Positions 1 through 16,750 of a stretch of 64,000 bases of DNA are shown here, piece by piece. The translations under genes and the position numbers were made by a program. This DNA comes from the human T2T-CHM13v2.0 reference genome, Homo sapiens, in NCBI RefSeq assembly GCF_009914755.1, contig NC_060947.1; one strand, 5' to 3'. Position 1 is the first letter of the stretch. Each line of letters begins with the position of its first letter. Under the pieces are notes generated by a model. That model saw only the letters and a program-made list of their open reading frames with translations, had not been told where the DNA came from and did no database searches.

Positions 1-1885
1 AGAGCAAATAATGTAAAAGAGCAAATGAAATAGGTGGTACATCATTAATCAAACAAACTTCTGCATTCTAGAGATTTCAGTAGAAGAGATGGAGAAAAGC
101 ACAGGAAGCTTATTTAACAAAATAGTAGCTGAAAATTTCCCAAATTTTGGAAGAGATGTGGATATCCAGATCCATGAAGCTCAAAGGACTCCAGATTCAA
201 CCCAAAGAGGTCATCTCTGAGGCCTGTTATAATCACACTGTTAAGACCTAAAGAATTATAAAAGAAACATCAGAAAATTGTCAAGTCACATATAAAAGGA
301 TCTCCATCTGACTGACAGCAGATTTATCAGCTGAAACCTTGCAGGCCTAAGGAGAATGGGATGGTATATCAAAGTGCTGGGGAATAAATTGAGGTAAAAA
401 TGCCATACCCAACAAAACTATTCTTCCAAAATGAAAGAGAAATAAAGTCTTTACCTGACAAACAAAAGTTGAGGAAACTCACCATCAATTATCTTTACAT
501 TAAATGCTTAAGGGAGTGATTCAGCTGGAAGTAAACATATAGTTACTAAGAGGAAATCATATGAAACTATAACTAATAAAGGTAAATTTGTTGTGAAATT
601 CAGAACACTCCATTATTATAAAGTAATATAATTTTTCAAATCTCTATGAAGGTTAAAATCACAATGGTAAATAATACCTATAGCTACAACAAGTTGTAAG
701 TGGACACAAAATATTAAAACATGCAAATGGAGATACAAAGTTATGAATTTTAAGAAATCTAGAATGTATGTGACCAAACTTATTATCAACTTAAAATTAT
801 TTATTGTAACTGTAAGCTTTTCATGTAAGCCCTATAGTAGCCACTAACAGCAAATTACAGCACATAAACATATAAGAAAGGGGAAGGAATACAAAGCTTA
901 TTACTATGGAAAACCCCCAAATGACAAACGTAAAAAAATGAGAGGTGAAGAAAGGAACAAAGGATACAAAATATTTAACAAAATGGCCGAAGCTAGTCCT
1001 TAGTAACCAATAATAACCTTAAATGTAAATGAATCAAATTCTACAATTGAAACATATAAAGTGGATGAATAGATAAAAAAATATAACCCAGATAAGAAAA
1101 ACATAACCCAGCTGTATGCTGCCCATGAGAGACGCATATTACCTGTTTTTCCAGTTCCAGTTGTTACTGGAAAAAGAGACTAAGAAGATCATTATATAAT
1201 GACAAAAGTTGATTCAGCAAAAGGATATAACAATTGTTAATATATAGGCACCCAACACTGGAGCACACAAATATATAAGGCAAATATTAGATATAAATGG
1301 AGAGGTAGCCTGCCATATAATAACAGTTGGGGACTTCATTCACTTTCAGCAATGAAATGATTATCTAGGCACAAAATTAATGAAAACTCAGATATAAACT
1401 ATACTCTAGACCAGGGGTCCCCAACCCCCAGGCCATGGACCAGTACCAGTCCATCGCCTGTTAGAAACTGGCTGCACAGCAGAAGGTGAGTAGTAGGTGA
1501 GTAAGCATTACCACATAAGTTTTGCCTTCTGTTAGATCAGCAGCAGCATTAGATTCTCATAGGAGCATGAACCCTTTTGTGAACTGAGTATGCAGGGGAT
1601 CTAGGTTGTGTGCTTCTTATGAGACTCTAATGCCTGATGATCTAAGGTGGAACAGCTTCATCTCAAAACCATCTCACCTCACAGTGCATGTAAAAATTGT
1701 CTCCCATGAAACCACTTCCTGGTGCCAAAAAGTTTGGGGATCACTGCTCTAGACCAAATGGTACTAATAGACATTTACAGAACATTCCACCCAACAGCTG
1801 CAGAATACACATTCTTGTCAACAGCATGTGGAAGTTACTCCAGGATACATCATATGTTTGGCCACAAATAAGTATCAAAAATTTG
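1..1885 (+). mobile_element. Old LINE-1 fragment (L1M-type; end of ORF1 to ORF2 endonuclease region), decayed, interrupted by MER1
   Basis: A-rich + strand with L1 motifs (atccagatccatgaagctcaaag, cagcagatttatcagctgaaaccttgcaggcc, gcacccaacactggagcac, gacatttacagaacattccacccaacagctgcagaatacacattct); no long ORF. Boundaries approximate. Confidence 0.85.
1412..1746. mobile_element. MER1B-like hAT/Charlie DNA transposon (MITE), ~335 bp
   Basis: Terminal inverted repeats caggggtcccca...tggggatcactg; perfect 8-bp TSD ctctagac at 1404-1411 and 1747-1754 (hAT hallmark). Confidence 0.9.
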
Positions 1886-1887
1886 TT

Positions 1888-2440
1888 GGTTTTTTATTTT
1901 ACTTTATTTTCAACTTTTATTTTAGATTGAGGGAGTACATATGCAGGTTTCTTGCAAAGGTCTACTGCATGTTTGTCATATAATTGAACCTGTCACCCAG
2001 CTAGTGAGCATAGCTCCCAATAGGTACCTTTTTGACCCTTGCCCCCTTCAAACTCTCCCCAAGCTTATAGTCTCCTGTGTCTATTTTTCTAAACTCTATG
2101 TCCATGTGTACACAATGTTTAGCTCCCACTTGTAAGTGAGAACATGCGGTATTTGGTTTTCTGTCTGTGTTAGTTTGCTTAGGATATTGGCCTCCAGCTC
2201 CATCCATGCTTCTGCAAATGAATTCATTCTTTTCTATGGGCTGCATAGTACTCTGTGATACCACATTTTCTTTATCCAATCCACCATTGATGGGCACCTA
2301 GTTTGATTCCATGTCTTTCCTATTATGAATAGTGCTGCTGTAGACGTGCAGGTGCATGTGTCTTTTAGGTAGAACAATATTTGGCTTTCAATATATACCC
2401 AGTGATGGGATGATTGGGTTGGATCACAGTTCTATTTTTT
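1888..2440 (-). mobile_element. 5'-truncated LINE-1 3' end (old L1PA13-16/L1PREC-like)
   Basis: T-rich tail then antisense L1 3'UTR (gctcccacttgtaagtgagaacatgcggtatttggttttctg). Confidence 0.8.
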
Positions 2441-2450
2441 TGGGGGGGGG

Positions 2451-3325
2451 TTACTTTCAACTTTTACTTCAGAAACAGGGGATACATGTGCAAGGTTTCT
2501 AAAAAGGTATATTACATGATGCTGAGGTTTGAGGTATGATTGAACCTGTTACCCAGGTAGTGAGCATAGTATCTGATAGGTTTTCACCATTAACACTTTC
2601 CCTTTTATCCTCACCTTGTAGCCCCCAGTGTCTACTGTTCCTATCATTATGTCAATGTTTACCCAATGTTTAATTTACACTTATAAGTAAGAAGATGCGG
2701 TCTTTGGTTTTTTAATTTCTGCATTAATCCACTTAGAATAATGGCCTCAGGCTGCATTAATGTTGCTGCAAAGGTCATGATTTTCTTCTTTTTTTGGCTG
2801 CATAATATTCCATTGTGTATATGTATCACTTTTTTTATACAATCCACAGTTGATGGATATCTATTTTGAATCTATGTCTTTTTTATTGTGAATAGTGCTG
2901 TGATGAACATACAGATCCATGTATCTTCTTGGTAGAATGATTTATATTCCATTGGGTATATACCCAGTAATAGTATTGATAGGTGGAATAGTAGTTCTAT
3001 TTTTTAGTTATTTGAGTAATCACCAAACTGCCTTCCAAAGAACTGAACCAACTGACATTCCCACCAAATATGTATAAGCATTCTCTTTTCTCTGCAGTCC
3101 TGCCAGCATCTGTAATTTTTTTAACTTTTTAATAATAGCCATTCTGACTGGTGTGAGATGGTATTTCTTGGTGGTTTTAATTTTTGTTTCTCCAATAATT
3201 ACAGTGATGATGAGCATTGTTTTTGTGTGTTAGTTGGATACTTCTATATCTTCTTCTGAGAAGCATCTGTTCATGTGTCTTGTTCACTTTTTCATGGGGT
3301 TATTTGTTTATTGCTTGTTTTTTCC
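2451..3325 (-). mobile_element. Second 5'-truncated LINE-1 3' end (similar old L1P family)
   Basis: Antisense L1 3'UTR and ORF2 C-terminus (ORF 3020-3217: [13 protein letters not shown]). Confidence 0.8.
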
Positions 3326-3517
3326 AAGTTATCCAATTGAATATCTTTATTTTTATATTCCAGGTCATTTGAAAAATTCTTTTATTAGTGGTGACATTTC
3401 TTGTTTAATGATTACTTCTCTTCCTAAACAAAAGTAGTAGTAGAATTTTTAACTAATTAATTAGTTTTATTGTGATAAAATATACTCGCCATAAAACTTA
3501 CTGTGTTAGCCACTTTT

Positions 3518-6432
3518 AATTTTTTTAATTATTTTTTATTACAATAGGTTTTTGGGGAACAGGTGGTGTTTGGTTACATAAATAAGTTTTTTAGTGGTGA
3601 TTTCTGAGATTTTGGTGCACCCATCACCCGAGCAGTATACACTGTACCCAGTATATAGATTTTTATCCCTCACCCTCCTCTCACCCTTTCCCTCGAGTCC
3701 CAAGAGTCCATTATATCATTCTTATGCCTTTACATCCTCATAGCTTAGCTTCCACGTATGAGTGAAAACCTACAATGTTTGGTTTTTCATTCCTGAGTTA
3801 CTTCACTTAGAATAATGGTCTCTAATTCCATCCAGGTTGCTGCAAATGCCAATATTTCATTCCTCTTTATGGCTGAGTAGTAGTATTCCAAGGTATATCA
3901 TGGTATATCATATTTTCTTTACCTATTCATTGACTGATGGGGATTTGGGCTGGTTCCATATTTTTGCAATTGCAAACTGTGCTGCTATAAACGTGTGTGC
4001 AAGTATCTCTTTCTTATAATAACTTCTTTTCATCTGGGTAGTTACCAAGGAGTGGGGTTGCTGGATCAAATGGTAAATCTACTTTTAGGTCTTTAAGGAA
4101 TCTCTACACTGTTTTCCATAGTGGCTGTACTAGTTTACACTCCCATCAGCAATGTAGAAGTGTTTCTTTTTCAATGCATCCATGCCAACATCTTTTTTTT
4201 TTTTATTTGATTATGGCCATTCTTGCAGGAGTAAGGTGGTATTGTATTGTGGTTTTGATTTGCATTTCCCTGATTATTAGTGAAATTGAGCATTTTTTTC
4301 ATATGTTTGTTGGCCATTTGTATATCTGCTTTTGAGAATTGTCTATTCATGTCCTTACCCCATTTTTGATGGCATTGTTTTCTTCTCGCTAATTTGTTTG
4401 AGTTCTTTCTAGATTTTGGATATTAGTCCTTTGGCAGATGTATAGACTGTGGAGATTTTCTCCTGCTCTGTGGGTTGTCTGTTTACTCTGCTGTTTCTTT
4501 TGCCATGCAAAAGCTCTTTAGTTTAATTAAGTCTCACCTCTTTATCTTTGTTTTTATTGCATTTGCTTTTGGGTTATTGGTTATGAAATCATTGCTTCAG
4601 CCAATGTCTAAAAGGGTCTTTCGATATTATTTTCTAGAATTTTCATAGTTTCAGGTCTTAGATTTAGGTATCTGATCCATCTTGAGTTGATTTTTGTGTA
4701 AGGTGAGAGATGAGGATCCAGTTTCATTATCCTAGATGTGGTTAGCCAATTATCCCAGCTTTATTTGTTGAATAGGGTGTCCTTTTCCCACTTTAGGTTT
4801 TTGTTTGCTTTGTCAAAGATCTGTTGGCTGTAAATATTTGGATTTGTGGGTTCTCTATTCTGTTCCGTTGGTATATGTGCCCATTTTTACAGCAGTATCA
4901 TGTTGTTTTGGTGACTATGGCCTTATAGTATAGTTTGAAATTAGGTAATGTGTTGCCTCCAGGTTTATGCTTTTTGCTTAGCTTTGCTTTGGCTATGCAG
5001 ATACTTTTTGGGTCCCATATGAATTTTGGGAATTTTTCTAGTTCTGTGAAGAATGATCATGGTATTTTAATGGGGATTGCATTGTATTTGTAGGTTGCTT
5101 TTGGCAGTATGGTATTTTCACAATATTGATTCTATCCATCTATCAGGATGGGACGTGTTTCCATTTGTTTGTTTCATCTATGATTTCTTTCAGCAGTATT
5201 TTGTAGTTTTCCTTGTAGAGATCTTTCACCTCCCGGGTTAGGTATATTCCTAAGTATTTTATTTATTTTGCAGCTATTGTAAAAGGGGTTGAGTTCTTGA
5301 TTTGATTCTCAGCTTGGTCGCTATTGTATAGCAGAGCTGCTGATTTGTGTACATTAATTTCGTATCCTGAAACTTTGCTGAACTCATTTGTCAGTTCTAG
5401 GAGCTTTTTGCAGGAGTTTTTAGGGTTTTCTAGGTATACAATCATATCTTCAGCAAACAGTGACAATTTGACTTCCTCTTTACCGATTTGGATGCCCTTT
5501 ATTTCCACCTTTTGTCTGATTGCCGTTGCTAGGACTTCCAGTACTGTGTTGAATAGAGGTGGTGAGAGTGGGCATCCTTGTCTTGTTCCAGTTTTCAGAG
5601 GGAATGCTTTCTACTTTTCCCCGTTCAGTATTATGTTGGCTGTGGGTTTCCCATAGATGGCATTTATTACACTGAGGTATGTCCCTTGTATGCCGATTTT
5701 GCTGAGGGTTTTAATCATGAATGGATGCTGAATTTTGTCAGATGCTTTTCTGCGTCTATCAAGAAGATCATGCGATTTTTGTTTTTAATTCTGTTTATGT
5801 GGTGTATTCCATTTAATGACACAAGTCATTAACCTGTTTCTATTAAATGATCCCTGCATCCTGGTATGAAACTCACTTGATCATGGTAGATTATGTTTTT
5901 GATATGATGTTGGATTCAGTTATCTAGTATTTATTTGTGGATTTTTGCATCCATGTCCATCAGGGATATTGGTCTGTAGTTGTTTTTTTGTTGATGTTAT
6001 GTCCTTTCTGGTTTTAGTATTAGGTGATACTGGCTTCACAGAATGATTTAGAGAGGATTCCTTCTTTCTCTATCTTGTGGAATAGCATCAATAGGATTGG
6101 TACCAATTCTTTGAATGTCTGGTAGAATTCAGCTGTGAATCCATCTGGTACTGCACTTTTTTTTTTTTTTTTTTTGTAAATTTTTTATTACTATTTCAAT
6201 CTCTCTCCTTGTTATTGGTCTGTTTAGAATTTCTAATTCTTCCTCATTTAAGCTGGGAGAGTTGTATATTTCCAGGAACTTTTCCATCTCCTCTATGTTT
6301 TCTAGTTTATGCTAGTAAAGGTGTTCATACTAGCCTTGTGTGATCTTTTGTCTTTCTCTGGTTTGGTTGTAATGTCTCCTGTTTCATTTCTAATTGAGCT
6401 TCTTTTCTCTCTCCTTTTCTTGGTTAATCTTG
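3518..6432 (-). mobile_element. LINE-1 L1PB-like, 5'-truncated
   Basis: 3' end ttggggaacaggtggtgtttggttacat...gattttggtgcacccatcacccgagcag typical of L1PB; RT-motif remnant (ORF 5263-5508 [14 protein letters not shown]). Confidence 0.85.
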
Positions 6433-7074
6433 CAACTTGTTGTAATATCATAGACAATGGTTTGGAAGAATTATTATCTTTTTATATATCTATTGGCCAT
6501 TTGGATTTCTGTTTGCAGAAAGCCTTGATAAAATATTTGGCCCTTTTTTAATTGGGTAGTTTGTTTTATCATTGGTTAATGCTTTGATTGTCCTATTTAA
6601 GAAATATTTGCCCATCCAAAGCCATAAAGATATTCTATTATTTTTTAAAGATGCTTTATTCATTTTCCTTTGACACTTAGGTTTTTAATCCATTAGAAAC
6701 AGGTTTTTGTGTATTGTATGAATTAAGATTGAAAGTTACTATTTTTCTATATATATATTGAGTTATGTCAAAAGTTTTTGTGGTAAAGATTATACTTTCC
6801 CCACTGCATTGCAGTGCCATCTTTGTTTTAAATCAGGTAACAGCAACAAGAGCAAGTGGGCTGGATATTATTCTGTTTCATTATCTTAATCCTTGTGTCT
6901 ATATCTACTATAACTGTAGTATAACTACAGGCTGTACTATATCTATACAATCTGTAATAGTATCCCTTTTTCATTCATGATACTGATCATTTTTGTTTTT
7001 TTCTCCCTTTTTCTTGATAAGTCTTGTTACGTGTTCATCGATATTATTAATCTTCTCCACAAATAATCTTTTAA

Positions 7075-8846
7075 ATATGTGCAGAACATGCAGGTTTGTT
7101 ACATAGGTGTATACGTGCCATGGTGGTTTGTTGCACCCATCAACCAGTCACCTACCTTAGGTATTTCTCCTAATGCTATCCCTCCCCTAGCCCTTCACCC
7201 TCTGACAGGCCCCCAGTGTGTGATATTCCACTCCCTGTGCCCATATGTTCTCATTGTTCAACTCCCACTTATGAGTGAGAACATGTGGTGTTTGGTTTTC
7301 TCTTCTTGTGATAGCTCGCTGAGAATGATGGTCACATTTTCTTTATCCAGTCTGTCATTGATGGGCATTTGGGTCAGTTCTAAGTCTTTGCTATTGTGAA
7401 TAGTGCTGCAGTTAACATACATGTGCATGTGTCTTTGTAGTAGAATGCGTTATAATTCTTTGGGTATAAAACCAGTAATGGGATTGCTGGGTCAAATGGT
7501 ATTTCTGGTTCTAGATCGTTGAGGAATCACCACACTGTCTTCTGCAATGGTTGAACTAATTTACACTCCAACCAACAATGTAAAAAGCGTTTTTATTTCT
7601 CCACATTCTCTCCAGCATCTATTGTATCCTGACTTTTTAATGATCGCCATTCTAACTGGTGTGAGATGGTATCTCATTGTGGTTTTGATTTGCATTTCTC
7701 TAATGACCAGTGATGATGAGCTTTTTTTTGCATATGTTTGTTGGCTGCATAAATGTCTTCTTTTGAAAAGTGCCTGTTCATATCCTTCACCCACTTTTTG
7801 ATGTTTTTGTTTTCTTGTAAATTTGTTTAAGTTTCTTGTAGATTCTGGATATTAGATCTTTGTCAGATGGATAGATTGCAAAAATGTTCTCCTATTCTGT
7901 AGGTTGCCTGCTCAATCTGATGATAGTTTCTTTTGCTGTGCAGAAGCTCTTTAATTAGATCCCATTTGTCAATTTTAGCTTCTGTTGCCATTGCTTTTGG
8001 TGTTTTAGTCATGAAGTCTTTGCCCATGCCTATGTCCTGAATGGTATTGCCCAGGTTTTCTTCCAGGATTTTTATGGTTTTAGGTCTTACATTTAAGTCT
8101 TTAATCCATGTTGAGTTAATTTTTGTATAAGGTGTAGGAAGTGATCCAGTTTCAGTTTTCCACATATGGCTAGCCAGTTTTCCCAGCACCATTTATTAAA
8201 TAGGGAATCCTTTTTCCATTTCTTGTTTTTGTCAGGTTTGTCAAAGACTAGATTGTAGTAGATGTGTGGCATTATATCTGAGGGATCTGTTCTGTTCCTT
8301 TGGTCTATATCTCTGTCTTGGTACCAGTACCATGCTGTTTTGGTTACTGTAGCCTTGTAATATTGTTTGAAGCCAGGTAGCATGATGTCTCCACCTTTGT
8401 TCTTTTTGCTTTGGATTGTCTTGGCTAAATGGGCTCATTTTGTTCCACATGAAATTTAAAGTAGTTTTTTCTAATTCTGTGAAGAAAGTCAATGGTAGCT
8501 TGATACGGATAGTATTGAATCTATAAATTACTTTGGGTAGTATGGCCATTTTTACAGTATTGATTCTTGCTATCCATGAGCATGAAATGTTTTTCCACTT
8601 GTTTGTGTCCTCTCTTATTTCCTTGAGCAGTGGTTTGTACTTCTTCTTGAAGAGGTCCTTCACATCCCGTGTAAGTTGTATTCGTAGATATTTTATTTTC
8701 TTTTTAGCAATTGTGAATGAGCGCTCACTCATGATTTGGATATCTATTATTGGTATATTGGAATGCTTGTGATTTTTGCACATTGATTTTGTATCCTGAG
8801 ACTTTGCTAAAGTTGCTTATCAGGTTAAGAAAGTTTTGGGCTGAGA
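7075..8846 (-). mobile_element. LINE-1 L1PA7-like, 5'-truncated, with internal 3'UTR deletion near 7330
   Basis: Frameshifted ORF2 fragments 7561-7794, 8093-8383, 8241-8783 ([19 protein letters not shown]); L1PA-type 3'UTR. Confidence 0.88.
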
Positions 8847-9454
8847 GATTGTAGGTGATCAAGAAAGGCCTTATAGTTTCACTTAAGTCTTGAAATCTGG
8901 TTATCCATCTGGCATATTAATTGTGAAATGTATTATAAGCAGAGGAAATGGCATAAACAAAGTTATAAATGAGCATCAAAATAGCCTGTTCTTTGCGGAA
9001 AATTGCAAACAATTTGTTATGGCTTCTGTTTAGGTATCAGGTTGCAGAGAGCTTTGTATACAAGCTAAAGGAATTTTGACTTTATCCTCTATGCCAGTAG
9101 ATTTTTAAATCTGTATTCTAACTAGTCCTTTTCCATATAGGCTCTGCAGACCCTTAGAACCATCCCCAGAAAGAGAGAATAGCCTAATAAGTAGGGACCC
9201 TGTTTCCATCAGAGTAGCTCTGGTTTTGCTTGTTTTATATTGAAGTTCTTCGTTGGACTCTATTAGGAAAAAAAATTCACTGCTTTTAAGAGAGCTAGTA
9301 AAATTGTGAAACTACTGCAATGAGATATAAGAAGACCTGAAAAGTTTTAACCAGGAGAAAAAGTATTTAAGATAGATTAAACACCATAATGAAATACAAC
9401 ATGCAGGGATCATGTCTTATTTTGGGCGGCTAACCTGACTGTCTATCCTTTCAG

Positions 9455-9590
9455 GTGTGGTTCCCAACAAAGGTCAGTTTCCCTTGGCTGTGGGAGCCCA
9501 GGAGTTGTTTCTGTGCACTGGTCCTATGTGCCGCTATGCTGAAGACCTGGCCCCCATGTTGAAGGTCATGGCAGGACCTGGGATCAAAAG
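9455..9590 (+). CDS. FAAH2: FAAH2 internal coding exon (136 bp, probably exon 6): (G)VVPNKGQFPLAVGAQELFLCTGPMCRYAEDLAPMLKVMAGPGIK(R)
   Basis: Acceptor tatcctttcag| at 9454, donor AAAAG|gtatgt at 9591; amidase-family GPMCRYAEDL motif; peptide matches recalled human FAAH2; phase joins the next exon (AG|G = Arg). Exon number is recalled, not derived. Confidence 0.95.
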
Positions 9591-9999
9591 GTATGTTCAT
9601 TTATTTTTATTTCCTTGGACTCTTATCCTGACATTCATTCTCTCTTTGTTTATTAGTGTCATAGAGGTAGACTTTCAGTCCTCAAGCAAATAATTTTTAC
9701 AGGTTTTTATGAGAGAGCCTTTATATACTTATATAAGTGGATACCATGCTTCACAAATTGGAAAGATGCCATGTAAAAGTATTTTACTGAGAAAATACAA
9801 AGAGAGGCCTTATTTTTGGGAAGGAAACAGTGAATCTTTTTGTTTTTCATTTGTGAATTTGTGCATAAGGACTACGTTCACTTTAAGTTCAGCCTTTCTG
9901 ATTCTTCTGACATCTGTCACCATATACATACTTTCCAATCTCACCTAGGCATCAACGCTGCTTGGAAATTGGTTCCCTAGACAGCTCTTTTTTAATATA

Positions 10000-10335
10000 T
10001 TTTCTGTAGCAGTCATTTCAAATTATTTCCATTTCCAGCGAAACTCTGATCTTCTCCTTTCCTTTACCCTCAAGTAAATAATCCCACATTTTATCTCATA
10101 AAAAAATGCAATCTATATGTAACTTACTTCAGTTTCTTACCATCACATTTTTCTAGGTCTCCAGCTTTCATTCTTTCTCCTCTTAGAGTGGAGAAAATAT
10201 CTTTCCATTTTGCTTTAGCATATAAGTAGTTTCAGTTATGCTCTTGATCTTATGTTCTCTTATTCTCTCAGATCTTTGTTCCATTACTTATCTCATCTTA
10301 GTATGACTTTAACCTCTCTCTCTCTGTCTCTCTCG

Positions 10336-10369
<34 letters not shown>

Positions 10370-11600
10370 TGTGTGCGCACCCTTCTCATTATTATTAAGC
10401 ATCCTAAGTGTCTCTCATCTTAAAAAGAGACAACATTTTTTTAGCCCCTTATTCCCCTTAAGCCACTACTCTATGCCGCTTTTTGCCCCATTGCCAGATC
10501 CTTTGTGTGAATTATTTATACTCATTAACTCTAAATTCTCACATTGCCATCTCATAAATGAATTCACTACAAAGTGGTTTTTACCACCAAAATTATTCTT
10601 GCCAAGGTCCCTGAATTTTTTTTTTTTTTTTTGCATTTTTGCTAAAAATAATGACTGCTTCTCAATACTTACCATTCATTACCTCATTATAACTGGTGGC
10701 AATATTGATATTACTCCATCATTATTGAAACAAACTCTGCCCTTGGCTCTTGTGATTCAATCATTTTTAAAATTATTTTTAATTTTTGTGGGTACCTAAC
10801 AGGTGTATATATTTTTGGGCTACATGAGATATTTTGAAGCAGTCATGTAATGCATAATAATCGCTTCATGGAAAATGGGGTAGGTATCCATCCCCTTAAG
10901 CATTTATCCTTTATGTTATGGACAATCCACCCTTTTGATATTGCTCCTTTTCCTTTCATCTGCCTTACTGGCTCTTCTTCCTTTGTTCATCTCTTATATA
11001 TTGGTATTCTAGAAGGACCTGGTTTACTTATCTCTATTCTTTCTACTTACCCTCTCAGAATGACTCCATCTACCCTTGCCACTTCAACCATTTTCCATAC
11101 ACAGATGATGCCAAAATCTGCCTCTTCAGCTCACTTTTTTCACTTAAGCTAGAGGACTGTCTATTTACTACTACAGGAAGACTGGGCATTTCAGATAACT
11201 GAGACTCAATATATCTAAAACTGATATTATTTTTCTTTCAAGCTCCAGAAACCTGATCCACTACTTTGATTCTTACCCAATCCCAGTGACTGGATGACCA
11301 AAATCAACCCAGTTGCTAAAGCCTCATTTCCGATTTTTCTCAGTCATTACATCTAAGCAATGCTGAGTCATATTGAAATTACCTACTAATGATTTCTTAC
11401 ATCTTTACATATCTCTCCCTTACCATGGTTACAGTTCTAGTTCAGGCTATAATCATTTCTAGCATGAACTACCACCAAAACATTTTGACTTGTCACCACG
11501 TCTACAATTTTGATGCATTTCAAACCATTCTCTCCCTTGCAGCTCAAGTACATTTTTTAAATGCAAATCTAAATTCTAAAGGTATAATACTGTTTCTGGC
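10000..11600 (+). mobile_element. Highly decayed LINE-2-like sequence with an antisense L1MA 3' fragment (~10765-10928)
   Basis: C/T-rich L2-type motifs (actcaatatatctaaaactga, ctagttcaggctataatcatttc); L1MA 3' motif ttaatttttgtgggtacctaacaggtgtatatattt. Boundaries approximate. Confidence 0.6.
10313..10375. repeat. Compound (CT)n-(CA)n microsatellite
   Basis: ctctctctctctgtctctctcgctctctctctctc followed by (ac)n. Confidence 0.95.
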
Positions 11601-11716
11601 ACACAGTGCTCAGGGAAAAAAATACTTCATTAGAGCTGAAGCTCAGATGTCAGGATTGAACTATTAAGGATATCTAAATAATTTGTTGATGTCAGTTTCT
11701 TTTTAATCCTACACAG

Positions 11717-11834
11717 GTTAAAACTAGACACAAAGGTACATTTAAAAGACTTAAAATTTTACTGGATGGAACATGATGGAGGCTCATTTTTAATGTCCAA
11801 AGTGGACCAAGATCTCATTATGACTCAGAAAAAG
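11717..11834 (+). CDS. FAAH2: FAAH2 internal coding exon (118 bp, probably exon 7): (R)LKLDTKVHLKDLKFYWMEHDGGSFLMSKVDQDLIMTQKK
   Basis: Acceptor ttttaatcctacacag| at 11716, donor AAG|gtaatt at 11835; in frame with both neighbouring exons; matches recalled FAAH2 protein. Confidence 0.95.
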
Positions 11835-12375
11835 GTAATTTTAAATAAAATTTGTTTAGGAATTATTTTTAGTCAAAGAGATATCCTTCTGAGCCCTTTA
11901 CTTCACTTACTGCCAAATATTTCTGTGTCAGCATACGGAATTAAGGTTTTCAGAACAGTTATACTAAGGAATTTTGGATGTAATTTTTCATGGTTATTTT
12001 AGATATTTTATTTTTTAGTAATGAAATGAGTACTTTGAAAATAAAGTATGATAAATCAAATAAATAAATTGCTCAGAGGTAACTGTCATTAATAATTTGG
12101 TATGTATCTATCCAGTGATTCTCCTATGCTAATGTGTAGATGTAAATTTTAGGTAATAGAGACAACATTATATATGCAATCATTTTAGCCTGAGCTTTAT
12201 TTTAAAATACTTTTATAATCAGATGAAATAATAGCACAAATTTGTCTTTTTAAAAGCAAGAGTTCATTTGGGAAAGAAGAATAATAAGGGGAACAGACCT
12301 ACCAAATTTTAAAAGTAATTTTTAAACTACTATTCAATTTAATAATAATACAGCTTATTACGTGGAAGCAATGGA

Positions 12376-16099
<3,724 letters not shown>

Positions 16100-16147
16100 G
16101 ACATGTAAAACTAGAAGAAACTTGATTGTGGTAAAAGATGGCTTTTA

Positions 16148-16492
16148 TATTCTATCTTTGTTTTCTGCCACCATGAAAAAATGCCTGTGACTCAATAACT
16201 TATAAAGAATAAAAATTTATTTCTCACACACCTGAAGACAGGAAAGTCCAAGATCAAGGTTCTGGCAGGTTCAGTGTCTGGTGAGGGCCATCTTACTGCC
16301 TTCTCCAGAGGGGAGAAACATGGCAGAAGGGTGGAAGAGACAGCTGCTAAGGCTGCATAAAGCCTTTGTAAAAATGGCTGTAATGGCATTAACTAGGGCA
16401 GCCCTCATGGCCTAATCACTTCTTTAGGGCCCCCCTCTTAATAATAATGCATTAGCAACACCTGAATTTTGGAGGCGATCTATTCAAACCAT

Positions 16493-16494
<2 letters not shown>
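16148..16494 (-). mobile_element. MaLR solo LTR (MST/MLT1-like)
   Basis: aatttatttctcaca...gaaagtccaagatcaaggttctggcaggttcagtgtctggtgagggc...ttcaaaccatag(ca); terminal ca displaced past the Alu. Confidence 0.75.

Positions 16495-16750
<256 letters not shown>

Noticed and set aside
1888-3325. Recent tandem duplication of an L1 3' end
   Set aside because: The two copies differ at many positions and by indels; independent old insertions or a very old event, not resolvable by eye.
9591-9693. ORF-track extensions of FAAH2 exons past their donors (also 11835-12002 and 62851-62892)
   Set aside because: Intronic read-through beyond canonical GT donors; protein similarity stops at the splice sites.
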